Shown here in pieces: positions 15,553 through 29,500 of a DNA stretch of 64,000 nt (positions within the stretch are counted from its first letter, which is position 1; the number at the start of each line of letters is the position of its first letter). The DNA lies in contig CM119264.1 of NCBI GenBank assembly GCA_051294375.1, positions 8,678,764 through 8,742,763 of the forward strand. The letters are read 5' to 3'. The stretch comes from Paraspadella gotoi (taxonomy: Eukaryota > Animalia > Chaetognatha). Below the pieces are notes generated by a model. The model had not been told where the DNA came from. It ran no database searches and saw nothing but the letters and a program-made list of their open reading frames with translations. The position numbers and the translations under genes were made by a program.

Positions 15553-15990
15553 TCAAGTCTTATTGTGAGGAGAAGGACAAATCGCGCATGGACATGACGA
15601 GGATTTCGTCTCCGGCACGGAGTGGTTCGACGGGGTGGTCGAGGAAAGACTGGGTGGTCTGGCGGNNNNNNNNNNNNNNNNNNNNNNNNNNNNNNNNNNN
15701 NNNNNNNNNNNNNNNNNNNNNNNNNNNNNNNNNNNNNNNNNNNNNNNNNNNNNNNNNNNNNNNNNNNNNNNNNNNNNNNNNNNNNNNNNNNNNNNNNNNN
15801 NNNNNNNNNNNNNNNNNNNNNNNNNNNNNNNNNNNNNNNNNNNNNNNNNNNNNNNNNNNNNNNNNNNNNNNNNGGTTGACTTCGTCCCGATTCGAGTTGC
15901 GTCGAAATATGGCCTGGGAAGCCCAACTGAGCTGAAGCGAGGAGCGTGGACCGGAGGTGAGTCATGGGCAAGGTCAGTTCCAGACGGTTC
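15553..15990 (-). CDS. Putative terminal exon of an unidentified gene upstream of the RhoGAP (contains an N gap)
   Basis: Polypyrimidine tract + tattcag|AAC; NRLELTLPMTHLRSTLLASAQLGFPGHISTQLESGRSQ..., with gap content readable from copy 18406-18843; one frame ends ..PETKSSSCPCAICPSPHNKT*. Confidence 0.45.
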   Translation of the reverse strand, partial: EPSGTDLAHDSPPVHAPRFSSVGLPRPYFDATRIGTKSTXXXXXXXXXXXXXXXXXXXXXXXXXXXXXXXXXXXXXXXXXXXXXXXXXXXXXXXXXXXXXXXXXXXXXXARPPSLSSTTPSNHSVPETKSSSCPCAICPSPHNKT

Positions 15991-16724
15991 TGAATATAAA
16001 GTGCATGGATAGGAAAAAAGGAATCGGGAAGAAAAAGAGGTAAGGACAATAATGGGTTTGGGGTAAAAAAAAAGGGATGATAACAAAGAGAAAGATATTA
16101 AAAACAAAGGTAAATTGTGGATTTGATACATTGTAAATCTAGGAATATAAATAAGTAAAGGAACGAGAACGGGTAATAGTTAAGAAACATGAAATAAAAT
16201 GGGAATAGGAAATGAAATAGAAAAGATCCTTTTTTTTTCGTTGTCGGCAAGGTATGTTCCATATCCATCAAACCGTGACTCAACTCTCAAGTCCCGTTTT
16301 GACAACGAAGACGACAGCGGCGGCAGCGACGACAGCGGCGACAGCAGGGCGGAAGTGACAGCGCAGGAAGAGACGCGATATGCGCCGATAACGACGCCGA
16401 CGTCGACATTCGGAATTGAGATTTTTTTGAGAGCAAAAGAGCATTGTGTATGCCTATTTAAACGGAAGTGTGAATGCTACAATTGAAAGCTGAAAGTCTT
16501 GAATTGATATTTTTGAGTCACTCGAATGAAGTAGCAGCTCGGAGAGTTCGAGTGATTATTGCGCGGAAGCAACTGCATTCTATGATGCGTTGCAAATCGC
16601 TATTGGTCTCATCTTTTCATGATGAGGTTTCTAAGCAAATGGGAATTTTAGAAAAATTTAAAGTCTCTCGTGATTTAAAACTTGATGTTCACGATTTTTN
16701 NNNNNNNNNNNNNNNNNNNNNNNN

Positions 16725-16998
16725 CATTTGCCCGCAGTCATCCAACCAATCGGTCGAATCCGCCCTTAACGTGGTCATCCAAACCCCAACAGACGAATCC
16801 CCCTACACAGTCATCCAAGCTTCATGCATCGAATCGACACCCTAACAGCAGTCGCCAATGCGTTTTGCGGGCGACCAAACTCCGCCTGCAAATCAGGATT
16901 TTATTGTCTTTTGCCAAACAGTCAGACGGTTGTCGTCGAGGGGATCTCGACAAAGCGTCAACTCTCTCCATTCCGCTTCGCTCGCCTACGAAAATTTC
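16725..16998 (+). CDS. Putative exon of unidentified gene (one frameshift)
   Basis: GC-rich coding-like frame ICPQSSNQSVESALNVVIQTPTDESPYTVIQASCI/DTLTAVANAFCGRPNSACKSGFYCLLPNSQTVVVEGISTKRQLSPFRFARLRK, followed by an AT/pyrimidine-rich intron-like tract. Confidence 0.35.
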
Positions 16999-17416
16999 GT
17001 ACTTCATTTTCCTCTATTTTTTCTCTGCCTTTTGTTTTCTCTTTTTTTTTTTGAGTTCTGTCTGTTTATTTATAACATTAAAAAGAAAAAAATTCTTCCT
17101 ACGTAAAATGTTATTTATAAATTGCTCCATCCATTTCTTCAGGCCACTTTTTTTCTGAAAAGTGTGAAAACCGATTTTTTTTTCCTTCGAAACCAAGCTT
17201 TTTTTTTACTTTTCCGTTATTGCTCGCACACAATCTTTTTTTCTGTTTAATTTCCGTAATATTCAAACTTGATTACCTGTATTTCTGAGGTATAGTTTTT
17301 TCCCCAAATTAAATGATTTTTACAATGACACTGTTACTAAAAAAAGAGATAGAATGAATTTAAAAAAAAAAAAACACGAAGTCGAGTCTGAATTATATGT
17401 AAGTCTTTATGGTTTC

Positions 17417-17650
17417 AACAATTGAAACAGTTCTTTGAAATATTTTCCACTTATTGAGTAGGGAAGCCAGGTACTAATGGGAGTGAATAAACGAGACTGT
17501 GAGAGAGTCTTGATTGAAAGTTGCAGGGACTGCTATGTCAATTATCTTGTAAGAGTGATGGAGGCCTTAAACACAAAGCCTGTCCAAAGTCAGGGCAAGA
17601 AGTATTATTAAATGAATGGACATAATTTTATAGTGGTTGTACCAATTCAT
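17417..17650 (-). mobile_element. Short interspersed repeat family, copy 3
   Basis: Reverse complement of 4723-4945 motifs (gaagccaggtact, gagtgatggaggccttaaac, gtccaaagtcag, gttgtaccaattc). Confidence 0.7.
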
Positions 17651-18886
17651 ATAGTTATACAAGACTCTGACGTTTTTCCGAAAAATCGTCGAACATCAAG
17701 TTTTAATCAGCAGAGACTTAAAATCTTAAAAATTCCCCATTTCTTAGAACCCTCATCATACAATAAGATGAGACAAATAGCGATTTGCAACGCAATCATA
17801 GAATGCACTTGCTTCCGCGCAATAATCTCTCTTGTCGAACTCTCCGAGCTGCTAACCTTCATTCGAGTGACTCAAAAATATCATTCAAGACTTCAGCTTG
17901 CAATTGTAAACATTCACCACTCCGTAAAATGGCAAACACATAACAATGCTCCTTTGCTCTCAAAAATCTAATTCCGAACTGTCGAACGTCTGGCGGTCGT
18001 ATCTGCGCATATGCGTCTATCCTGCGCGGTCACTCCGCCCTGCTGTCGCCGCTGTCCGTCGCTGCCAGCCGCTGTCGTCCCCCCAGTCGCCGACCTTCGT
18101 TGTCAAACGGGACTGAGCAGTTTGAGTCACGGTTTGATGGATAGGAACATACCTTGCCGACAACCAAAAAAAAAGGATCTTTTCTATTCATTCCTATTCC
18201 ATTTTATTTCATGTTCTCTTAATATTACCCGTCTCGTTCCTTTACATATTATATTCTAGATTGGACAATGTATCAAATCACCAATTACCCTTTGTTTTAA
18301 TATCTTTCTCTTGTTTATCCCTCCTTTTTTCTTACCCAAACCCATTATTGTCCGTACCTCTTTCTTTCTCGATTCCTTTTTCCATCCACTGCACCTTATA
18401 TTCAGAACCGTCTGGAACTGACTTGCCATGGACTCACCTCCCGTCCACGCCTCGCTTCATCAGTTGGGCTTCCAAGTTGCCATATTCGACGCAACTCGAA
18501 TCGGGACGACGAAGTAACCGAGTATTCCTTCGTCGCAAGCCTTTTCAAAGCCACCTCCTTATCATAACCGACTCAAAAATAGCCACGTTGGTCGCCGAAC
18601 AAACAATCAGTTAACCTACGCAAGCAGTGGCCATCCATCTGAGTTTCAAAATATACCCGCCTCTCTCCTTTTGAAAACCATCAAATTAACCACCTGCAAC
18701 CCCTAAGAGCCACCCATTTTACCCCGCCAGACCACCCAGCTCTTTCCTCTCGACCACCCCGTCGACCACTCTGTGCCGGAGACCGAAATTCCTCGTCATG
18801 TCCATCTGCGCGATTTGTCCTTCTCCTCACAAATAAGACTTGACGCGCCGATACAAGAGCCCGCCAGGGAGAGGAGAGAGAGAGAA

Positions 18887-18917
<31 letters not shown>

Positions 18918-18926
18918 TGAGAGAGC

Positions 18927-18960
<34 letters not shown>

Positions 18961-19141
18961 TGAGAGAGAGAGAGAGAGCCTGTAGTAGGATCTGCCGGAC
19001 GCGAAGAAAAGGGCGAAAGGAAAGCGAACCGTGCGTCGATTTGTCGAAATTCCCTTTCGTCATCGACATATTTTTTTCTTTTGAGAATTTTATTTCTTTC
19101 TTTCTTTTCTTTCTTTCTTTCTTTCTTCTTTATTTATTATT

Positions 19142-19173
<32 letters not shown>

Positions 19174-21771
19174 TTTTTTATTTATTATTTATTTATTTAT
19201 TTTTTTTTTTTTTTTTTTTTAATTTATTATTTATTTATTTTTTATTTTATTTAATTTATTTATTTATTTATTTATTTATTTATTATTTATTTATTTATTT
19301 TATTTATTTATTTTATTCTTTCTTTTTTTCATCTTCTTTCTTTCCTTTTTTCAACTTTTCTTTCTTTATTCTCTTTTTTTCATTCTTTCTTTCTTTCTTT
19401 CTAACTCTTTCTCCTCCTTTCTTTTCCTTTCTTTCTTTTCTTTCTTTCTTCTTCTTATTCTTTCTTTCTTTTTTTTTTTCCCTCTCTTTCTGTTCTTTTC
19501 AATGTTTTATATACTTTTTCGTTTTCTTTTTCCTCACAGGTTCCGTAATCCCTTCCTCCCCCTTTCGCTTTCCCCCTCCCAAATACTACTCCCGGGTATG
19601 CACTGTGTTTTTTCGCGCGATAAATCACGCGACTTCACGCGATTTTTGCGATTCTTTCTTACGCCGAATTGACGTGAGCTTTGTGTGAATTCTATAGATT
19701 TAACTATTATTTTGGGCAGGGATTTCTGATGGCTTGAGTTCCTTCGCTATTTTGCGTTTAGGCAAAACAAGAAGTATTTACAACTACCTATGTAAGTACC
19801 GAGGTATGGTTCGCTATCATTACTTACCTATTTGAGACCTCGATCGACTGTCTAAGAAGCAATATATTCTACATAAATCAATATTGCTCGATATTAAAAA
19901 TACAACTTGACTTAAAACAAACGCTTTACGAGTTATAGCAAGAAAACTTTTTGATTAAATTAAAATAGTATTAAACTCTATTTTATTTACTCCGAGTTTC
20001 ATTTTAATGTTTCTTTTTCTTAAATTACATTTAATTCAAGCAGCACCACATTATTTTCTCTCATGAAAAACTCTTTCTTTTTTTATCTTTGGCAGAATTT
20101 CTCTTCGCTTTTTCAACTTTCATTTTATATCTTTCCTTCATTTTTTTCGATCTTTCTCTTGGCGTTCCAATTTTCGAGGGAATAGTGAAAAGGCTTCTTC
20201 CTATCTCTGCCTTTTTCTTCACGAGAAAAATTTTATCCCACTGTGACGCAAGAAAATCATAATGAGGAAAAAAAAAAGGCAATTCAACAAATGCTTATCT
20301 AAAATAACTTCAAATACGATTCGAAGGATAAATAAAAACTTTTTTAAGCTAAATCCGAAAAAATAAAATAAAAAAAGCGAGAAGACGAAATTCAAAGAAA
20401 AGAAAGGATTAAAGGTCACTAAAGAAAAAAGAGAAAAAAGAAAGAAGAAGAATTTATTGAGAGAAAAAATAAAAGATGAAGAGAAAAGTCCAATAATGAA
20501 TAAGACACGCACAATCGATTGACCAACTACGAAAACGACACGACGACGCAGAATAAGGACAAAAAAGAGGGAAGAGGAGGAAGAAAGAAAAGGGTACGAC
20601 GAGTCCCCTCTTCATTTGATACACACGAGTTGATTGTGAACAGTCGTCTTGGGGGCAACCAAACGCCAATATTAGCAGTGGAAGCAAAAAAATCATCCTC
20701 GCGAATCCAACGGAAGCGATCATCGGGTGGCGGAAGAAAAATGAGGGGAAAAGAGTAAGGGGTAGGGTGGTTCGGACCTGCGTTCTGGGGAGTGTGGAAA
20801 TGATGGAAGTAGGTTGATGTAGAGAGTGGGTGAGGGGAAATGGAGTTGGTTAGGGGTAAGGAGAGCAAAGGGGAAAGCTAGAATCATTAGAGCAAGAGGG
20901 GGAAGAGGAGAAGACAGGGTAAGGAAAAAAAAACATGAAGGGGGAAAAGAGAAGAAAAATGATGATCTGATTTAGTTGAACATTTAAAGGAGGATTGGAT
21001 TGAGAGAAAGGAGAGACGGCTGGGTGGTTGGAAATAATGGAAGAAGACGATGAATGGACATGCCATGTACATAAAGGCAGCAGGAGGGAAACGTGGAATC
21101 ATAAAGAGATTGGTTTAAAAAAGAGGGGGAGAAAAGATGAGAGGATGCAGAGTTAATGATCGTTAATAAACTTGTTTGGTTTTTTAAATGAGAGGGTCCT
21201 TTAATAGGAGAAAATCTCGTCACAACGACGTTCATTTTAAATTAATCGTTAACAATTTCAATAATGAACAAAGAAAAGAAAATGGAATCCGGAAGTAGAT
21301 AAAGTATTATATAAAAACGAAAAATATAAAATATAAAATACCGTAAAGAAAAAGAGAAAATAAATAAGCAGTAGATTGAGGAAAAAGTTTTCCAAGAGAC
21401 AGAGATGCAGAGAGAGAAGAGAGAGAGAGAGAGAGAGAAGAGAGAGGAGGGAGAGGGAGGAGAGAGCAGAGAGAGAGAAGAAGAGAGAGAGAGAGAGAGA
21501 GTGATAATGAAGAAGAAACAAAAAAGGCCGAGATAAAAGTAAAAGAAGAACGTGCGAACAAAGAAAAGAATAAAGGGAGATACGTGGGACAATTAGACCG
21601 TTTCCATAGAAGCAGAAACGACGGAAAATAAAGAGAAGAGAGAAAGAAAATTTATGAAAAGGGAGTCGAGGAACACGTCCCAGTCGTGGGTGGAGATTGC
21701 TGAAAAGGAAGAGGAGAGAGAAGAGAGAAAGAGGAGAGAAAGAGAGGGAGAAGAGCAGAGAGAGAGAGAAG

Positions 21772-21810
<39 letters not shown>

Positions 21811-22370
21811 CGGAAAAAGTCGAGATGGGTTTCGAGAAAGGGAATCACTTCGAACTCCGCGGCGGTTAATCTCATTGCAAATCAATTACACCTCCTCGCT
21901 CGAATGAGAGATGATGGCGAGAGGATAGGTTCACTCAGAAGACGTTGAAGAAATATGGAAGAATAGGCGTCTCTGCTGCTCTGCTGATGCTGCAAAAGTG
22001 AATTTATGATTTCATGATAGTCTTCGTAGCCATCATTTAAAAAAAAATAAAACTTAGCAGTGATTTTCTAACAATCATGGGGTTTACAATTAAATAAATG
22101 TTTGGTTGAATTTGAATATTTTGAAAGACCTGATTTAATTGATCTTGATGGAGAGCGATTTATTTATTATATCTTCCTTTTCTTCTAATTGATAATAGAT
22201 AAAATGATTGATTTTGTAAAACGTATTAGTTGATCAAAAGTGATTGAGGACTTCCAGTCCAAAAATTCTTGGTTGATTAATGAAAACTGATTGATCGATT
22301 GATTTTTCTTCTCCAAGTCTCAATTCTTTGGTTGATAATGACTGATCTGGGATGATGGATTTTTCCGCAG

Positions 22371-22537
22371 GCGATCCGACGACTCCTCCTTCCCTGCCAC
22401 CATTCGGGGCTCGATCTCTCTCGAACGACGTGATGCTGCGTGCAAGAAAAAGGATCTTTTCCGCCGACCGGAAGTTTGCCCGTGGATCCAGAACGAACTT
22501 TGAGGCGAGGAGGTTCCTGAGGTAAAAGGCGCGCAGA
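22371..22537 (+). pseudogene. Frameshifted inverted copy of RhoGAP exon 11935-12098 (probably an assembly duplicate)
   Basis: ttttccgcag|gcgatccgacgactcctccttccc...gacgtgatgctg...tggatccaga...gcgcaga aligns with the exon, with many insertions. Confidence 0.75.
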
Positions 22538-23073
22538 TGAATCTTTTTGTTTGCATAAATGCATTGTAGCAATATGTTTAAAAGGTGTTCCTAAAAGGAT
22601 TATTAGTGTTTTTAAAAGTATATAAGAGTACTTAGAGTTTGGATTAACGCTAATGCACCGTTTGTAATTTAGAGCGGACAAAGGGTATTATAAAAATCGA
22701 ATTAAAACGTGCTCAATTGCATTTCGAAAATATTAAAAAATATATTCCTAATTGTGATTTGGCAGCGGAATGAGTGAATAGTTAATGTTGTCAATGCTAT
22801 ATTTCTTGTTTGAGGGAGGTGGGTGGTACAAGAGCCGAACAATTTGAAGAAATGTGTTTGGGAAAAGTATTCAACCCTTGTATTTATGTTTTTGTCGACA
22901 ACAGTTTTCGTCGGTGTTTTTCTTTTCTCTCTCTTTTGTGGCATCAAATTTTCATGTTAAAAATAGCTCATTTACAAAATTCGTTTACCGTTTTTATTTA
23001 AAAAAAAATATTTAAACTCATACCATATGTGATTTATTACCCTTGCCGNNNNNNNNNNNNNNNNNNNNNNNNN

Positions 23074-25720
23074 ACATTCAGCTGGTGTCACCCAATCAGA
23101 ATCTGGCGCGTGGAACAACATGCTCTCGCATCTCGGATCCAGTCCTGGAGCACGCCGACAAGAATGGTAAGTGCTTCGTGTCGCCCCTCTATAAGTTTTC
23201 CTACTTATATAAAGCTTGTCTTTTCCCATTCTTTTGCTGTGACTACTGCGGAGGGACTGCATATAGACGAGCGGTGAGGCGAGAGTTGCTGAGAGATATT
23301 ATGACTACGAGACTCAGCGACTTTTAATAATAGAGAGTATGCAATCACTCAGCGTGATGCGAGAGAGAGAACCGTACTCCAATAAATTCAAAGACGCTGC
23401 GAGAGAGAGGTAAATTAATGCGAAGCTGGAGAGACGCGAGAGAGAGTGAGAGGAATATCGAGGCAGCAGAAGAGAAGAGATCTAGAGGCGGGAGAAGGGA
23501 AATACCCAATTTCGGAGGCCAACGTGAAGCGACGACGAGTTAGCTGTACAAGCACTAGACGAGGTCTGACTCTCATGAAGCGACAGTCCTGATCGAATGG
23601 TTTGAAAAATTGATGTGGGGGCGGAGTGTTTTCTCCGCAGTGGCATTTGCTAGAGGGCGATGGATCTCATCTCGGCACACTTTGTCAACATCTCTCGCTC
23701 TCGGACATGCCGAAACAACAGAAAAAGAAAAAAGAGGCGATTGGCCGGGTATTTCAAGGGGTCGTCGCGGCAGAGAGAATCGCTTCCGGTATCACTCGAT
23801 CGTCTCGAGCGACGACGCAGACGCTTTTTTTGGCGCGAATTTCGTTCCGTTTATTCCTGATTTCGGTCGTTTTCGTTCGTCGTCGTCGTTGTACCCGGCT
23901 AAGAAAGCTCGAGAAAATGGGCACTCACGAATCACCGATTAGACGTACGGATCGACTGTTTGTATGTCGAGGATAGGATGATTGGATGGCGCGCTTTGTA
24001 CAGTCCGACTGTGTCATATGAGGATTCATGCACATCGGCAAGTCATTGGACGTGTCTCTCCTTGTCTTATCTATTGATAGAGGACAATGGACGTCCGTTG
24101 GAGGAGTCAGCTGTCGTTGCTGTTGCAGTCTGCAGAGGGATGTCAATTAAACTTCTCTCACTGTTCTCTCTTCACTGGCAATTTTGAAATCTGCGTTTTG
24201 AAGTCAGAGAAGAGTATACGTGTTGGGGTCCTCGTTGTCGGCGTCTCGTTCGTCGAACGCGCTTGCCGACAAAACGTTGAAGGTTAGGGATTATTCTCAC
24301 CATCATGTACGAGAGTCCACACGATGATAACAGCTAGAAATCTAAATTACATGAAAACAATCATTAACTATCCTCCACCCTCAACGCAGTGATTCCTCCG
24401 TTGGAACAGAAGACATTCTTGTCGCATCTACTCGGACTTTTATGTGGCAGTGGTATATTCCATGAAAAACACTCAAGAAAAAAATCGTTGTTGAAGGAAT
24501 GTGCAGCTCTTTACCGCGATAGAACTTACGAGGTTTCTTGATGTTGAAAGGGTTTCAGTCACGCATTTCCTTCCCTAAAAAATTCACCCAGAAACGATGT
24601 CGAACACCCTGCAGACCGAGGCTTTAGCCACCCCCAAACAAACACCGCCGATTATGTACATGGATGCAAAATTGAATAAAAAGAAGAAAAAAAACGGAAA
24701 GAAAAAAAACCAGTTAACCCGAACACTCTTGAAAGGAACTTAATCTGATGACCCTGAGAATCACACCAGCTGATATTCAGTCCCGACAAGTGAAGTAACA
24801 TTGACGAGAAGTAAAGTGTCCCTGAATTGAAAAGGATGGAGAAATACCCATCCTAAAGTGGTGTTCATGAATACAGCCCACTTCATTTGAACAAATTTGA
24901 GCTCGGTCAAACCACAAAAAAAGAGATACAATGTAAAAAAGATTTAAGAGCTGGTTAATAAAGTTGAGGGAGTGGCTAAAGGGGAGGGTGTGACAGTTTT
25001 GGGGATAGAACTCAAAACTCGTTTTACGCGAAAGACTCAAAATCCTTCAAAACGATTTTTTCTTTTTTTNNNNNNNNNNNNNNNNNNNNNNNNNNNNNNN
25101 NNNNNNNNNNNNNNNNNNNNNNNNNNNNNNNNNNNNNNNNNNNNNNNNNNNNNNNNNNNNNNNNNNNNNNNNNNNNNNNNNNNNNNNNNNNNNNNNNNNN
25201 NNNNNNNNNNNNNNNNNNNNNNNNNNNNNNNNNNNNNNNNNNNNNNNNNNNNNNNNNNNNNNNNNNNNNNNNNNNNNNNNNNNNNNNNNNNNNNNNNNNN
25301 NNNNNNNNNNNNNNNNNNNNNNNNNNNNNNNNNNNNNNNNNNNNNNNNNNNNNNNNNNNNNNNNNNNNNNNNCTCTCTCTCTCTCTCTCTCTCTTTCCCC
25401 CCCTTCCAACCCTCCATGTCGTGGATTCACCGATCCACGTCGTAGTCATCACTGCGCTCGTCGTCGTCGTCCTCGTCGTCGTCGTTGCCTCCTCTCGAAT
25501 TCCTCACTCGCTCCTCGGTGATAATTCTACCGACTTGAATTTTTGGAGAGGTTCTCGACAGTGAGGATTCAAAGTATTATTAAAGGTGAGTGAGAAAAGC
25601 AAGCTTCACGTGATGCCGCATCAAGCAATGATGGGAAAAGACAAGCTTATATAAGAGAAAACTTATAGAGGAAGATACATTGGCCGACAACTGTTCGGTT
25701 TAGTGACAGCTTGCTTCGTT
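23074..25720. repeat. Inverted duplication next to 25-N gap: ~23074-23600 vs ~25400-25720
   Basis: ctctataagttttc..ttatataaagcttgtcttttcccat (23187-23229) is the reverse complement of 25631-25670; the left arm is heavily insertion-laden. Confidence 0.6.
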
Positions 25721-25948
25721 GATCATGCACAGCGCGCGGTTTTTGAAAAAAAAAAATTATTATTAAGGCAAAGAATAAAGTGAATAAATTAGAATGTGAA
25801 AGTTTTATGAAAATTCGGCGACTTTGTGATGACGAGAACCATAATTTATAAGGCGAGTGAATTTAATATTTGATTCGAAAATGTCTGCTTTAATTTAATT
25901 AAAGTGCGGAAAGTTTGAGGAATAAAAAAGAGAAAAGTGGAATTACAA

Positions 25949-26101
25949 ATGAATGAATAAATGAATGAATGAATGAATGAATGAATGAATGAATGAATGA
26001 ATGAATGAATGAATAAATGAATGAAAGAATGAATGAATAAATGAATGAATGAATGAATGACTGAATGAACTAAAAAATGAATAAATAAATGAATGAATGA
26101 A
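25949..26101. repeat. (GAAT)n microsatellite
   Basis: Imperfect tetranucleotide run. Confidence 0.9.
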
Positions 26102-26312
26102 TTACCCAACTAACGAACGACCAACGAATGAACGAACCAATGAACGATTGAAGGAAGAAGCCATTATCGTCACCGAATTCATCGTTTTGCTGAATCTCGT
26201 TTTACCTTCGGATCCAAAAATTCCGGCGCTAAAATTTAACGACATCACTGCGAGTTTCGAACAGACGCCGGGAATTTGGGGGCTGGGCTCCCAGGGCGAA
26301 CCAATCCACCAC

Positions 26313-26596
26313 TTGCCAGTTCTACCCTATTGAAACCATCTGACGTTTCTAGATTTGCCATTTCTATTGAAACCATCTCATTTGCCATTTCTATTGAAAC
26401 CATCTCACATTTCTAGATTTTCCATTTCTAATCTGTTTAAACAATACGACGTTTCTCGATTTGCCATTTCTACCCTATTGACACCATCTGACGTTTCTAG
26501 ATTTGCTATTTATACCCTACTGAAATCATCTGACGTTTTTAGATTTGCCATTTCTACCCTATTGAAACCATCTGACGTTTCGAGATTTGCCATTTA
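26313..26596. repeat. 42-bp minisatellite, ~7 copies
   Basis: Unit ttgccatttctaccctattgaaaccatctgacgtttctagat (e.g. 26461-26502, 26503-26544, 26545-26586), with two internally deleted units. Confidence 0.9.
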
Positions 26597-29500
26597 TATC
26601 ATGATATGATTTCCAACTTTGCCATTTATAATTTGACGATCTACAATTCTACATGAAATTTTTGTATGTTATTTCACTAATTGCTCACCCATATATACCC
26701 ATATATCAATCATAATTTGAATTTCTGTAATTCTTTTAATTTGGCCAAAACTTTTGCTCATAAACTGCCTTCCCCTCTAATTCACCGTCGCCTTTGCCAT
26801 ATCTAACTTATCTTCCTTTCATTCGTTTTCCCATTTAATTTCTATTTTCATTACTTTGTCTGAAGTTAAATCTTAATTTTTCGTTAAGTTTTTGTTAATC
26901 TTATTNNNNNNNNNNNNNNNNNNNNNNNNNNNNNNNNNNNNNNNNNNNNNNNNNNNNNNNNNNNNNNNNNNNNNNNNNNNNNNNNNNNNNNNNNNNNNNN
27001 NNNNNNNNNNNNNNNNNNNNNNNNNNNNNNNNNNNNNNNNNNNNNNNNNNNNNNNNNNNNNNNNNNNNNNNNNNNNNNNNNNNNNNNNNNNNNNNNNNNN
27101 NNNNNNNNNNNNNNNNNNNNNNNNNNNNNNNNNNNNNNNNNNNNNNNNNNNTTTCTTGACTTATACATAAACGAGTAAAAACATGTTTCAAATTTTCGAA
27201 TAAAACGTCAGGTTGATTAATTAAAGACGACTTATTTGAACAACGTAAGACAAGCACGAGGGAGCGCTGCAAAATTTCATCGAGCTCAAAATAATAAAAA
27301 TAATAATAATGAAAATTTTCCCTTGTTAACCACTATATCAAGACTGTATCAAGACTTTGTCTTTAATTTCAATTATCTAAAACACAACGAAAGAAAGTTT
27401 AATCACAAAGAACAAAAATTAAAAAGTTGAAACATCGCTTAACTCGTTTCCCTAGTATTTTTTTCGTTTCGTTTATAATATTTCTTATTAGTCGCGTGAT
27501 GAAACCCCAGATGTTCAACTCTAGAAGCCACAGTTTCCAACCACCATTTTATTTTCCACCTTCAGACGCAGGTCTCTCCAGTCTCCGCCCAGTTGTCCTA
27601 TCACCGTCTCGTTCTTCCTCGTTCTTCACACCCTCGCAAATTAATCACCAACTTTCACCCTTCACGCCTTTTCTCCCTTCCTTCTACGCTTTCATTTTTG
27701 CCCTACCTTCCTTTCCCCCGCTTCCTCACCGCGTATAAAAACCCCGCGGATCTCCGAGAACCGACGAAGTCTTAAAAGAGAAATCTCGTAAAATTCCTTG
27801 GCAATGTTCCGCCTCGAATCGACGAGAGATGGAGTAGGGTAAAGAGATAGAGTAGGGTAAGGAGAGAGGGGAAAAGAGCCTCGAGTGGGTGGCGGGAAAT
27901 GGACGGGGAAAAATAATGAAAATGGGGTTGGGAATGAACGGCCGGTCGATGAAGAGGTCGAAAGAATATTTGACGGGGTTGGTTTACGGAATGGGTGGTT
28001 AACGAAGTATATTAGATGCCCTTGGTGAAAGCTGGACCGGTTGTAAGGATAATTGACGAAGTGGCTGACGAACGAGGTTGTTTTCCGAATGATTCATAGT
28101 GTTTTTATGAGGAGTCGCTCGTGGCCAATGACTGGGTGGTACATAGGATAGTTAACAGAGACATATGGCGGTTGTCAAAGACACAAGGTTGTTAAAAAAG
28201 ACACAGAATGATTGTCAGAGACTCGGAGTGAGTGCTTCTCAGTAGGTTGATTCTCAGAGTTAAAGGGTGGCTGTATTAAACAGTGCGTTTGTCAAAGTCG
28301 CAGGGCGATTTTAAAGTCACAGGGTGGTTTTCAGGGACTCCGGGGGGGGGCGTCGTGCTTTGAAGCTACGACTCGAAATGATTCCCCTGGAAATCAAACG
28401 GGCGAAGAAAGCGACGTGATTCGTTTATGACGGAGGAAAACTGAGGACGACGTCGAATTCAGACTCGAAATGGTCGGGGATTAAATCCGAGTGGAGAGGA
28501 AAGGGAAGGGAGGAGAGGGAGTGGGGGAAAGAGTAGGGAAAAGGAGATAAAAGGGAAAGGGAAGGAAACAGGAGGGAAAGGAAAGGGATGAAAAGGAAAA
28601 GATAGGAAAAAAAAGGGAATGAAAAAAAGGAAAGGAAAGGGAAGGAAAGAAAAAGGAAAGGAACTGAGAATAAAAGAATGGAAAGGAAAAAAACAGAAGG
28701 AAAAAAAAGAAAAGAAAAATAACGTATGGGAAATGAACCGAGGGGAAAGGAAAGGAAAAGAAAGAAAAGGAACTTAGTGAAAAGGAAATAAAAGAATAGG
28801 GAAACGAAGAAAAATAAAAAAAACTTTTTTATATTAATTAAACATTCAGAAAGATCTTTGTTGATTGGTTGATCATAGTGTTGATATTCATTTCGACACG
28901 ATTGGGCATTGACTCTGTTGGAATTAATTTGAGTGGTGATGTGAAAATTGCAGAGGCAGAATGAGTTGTGATCGAGGAAAAGCCAAGATCACGTGAAGAC
29001 TACTTTTGTATGAATTTGGGTAATGTTTATTATTTTATTTTATTATTTTTATAAATAAATAGTGATGAGACCGATGAATCGGAAAGAGAGAAAGAGAATT
29101 CTAGTGAAGAGAAGATTTGGCATCAAACGATGATACTGTATGTTTCTCGTTAACCTCGAGATTCGGAAAAGACCGGACGTCGAAAGAGTTTTCGATCAGC
29201 CGAGTCTTGAATGAGGAGGAGGGGGTGTTGAGAGAGTGATAAAATGTTTTGGGATTGACCTGACATGGCAGAATTTTGGGAATGGTGCGTATTTAATATT
29301 AGAATCGGTATCGTAACGTAGAATTGGTCGATATTGATCAAAGTGGATAACATGACGCGACTTGACTTGTGGAAAAGATGAAAAGGCAGAATGAAAACCC
29401 GCGCGTTTTGAAAAGGTGGAGTAGAATCGACTCGGGCCTCTATACAGCCCCTCGTGCGCGGCCCCACCTTCCGCTCATAGACGCCCTCTTTTGGCGGCCG

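Noticed and set aside
15553-18843. Polinton/Maverick penton-like reading of the hidden exons (HLLIITDSKIATL..., FALKKISIPN)
   Set aside because: It needs frame switches in the error-rich copy. The frame continuous with the better copy gives a disordered PPPY tail instead, and no other Polinton genes are present.
26313-26596. 42-bp array (and the 58844-58980 and 36757-36845 arrays) as CRISPR-like
   Set aside because: Units are contiguous with no unique spacers, there are no cas genes, and the context is eukaryotic with introns.
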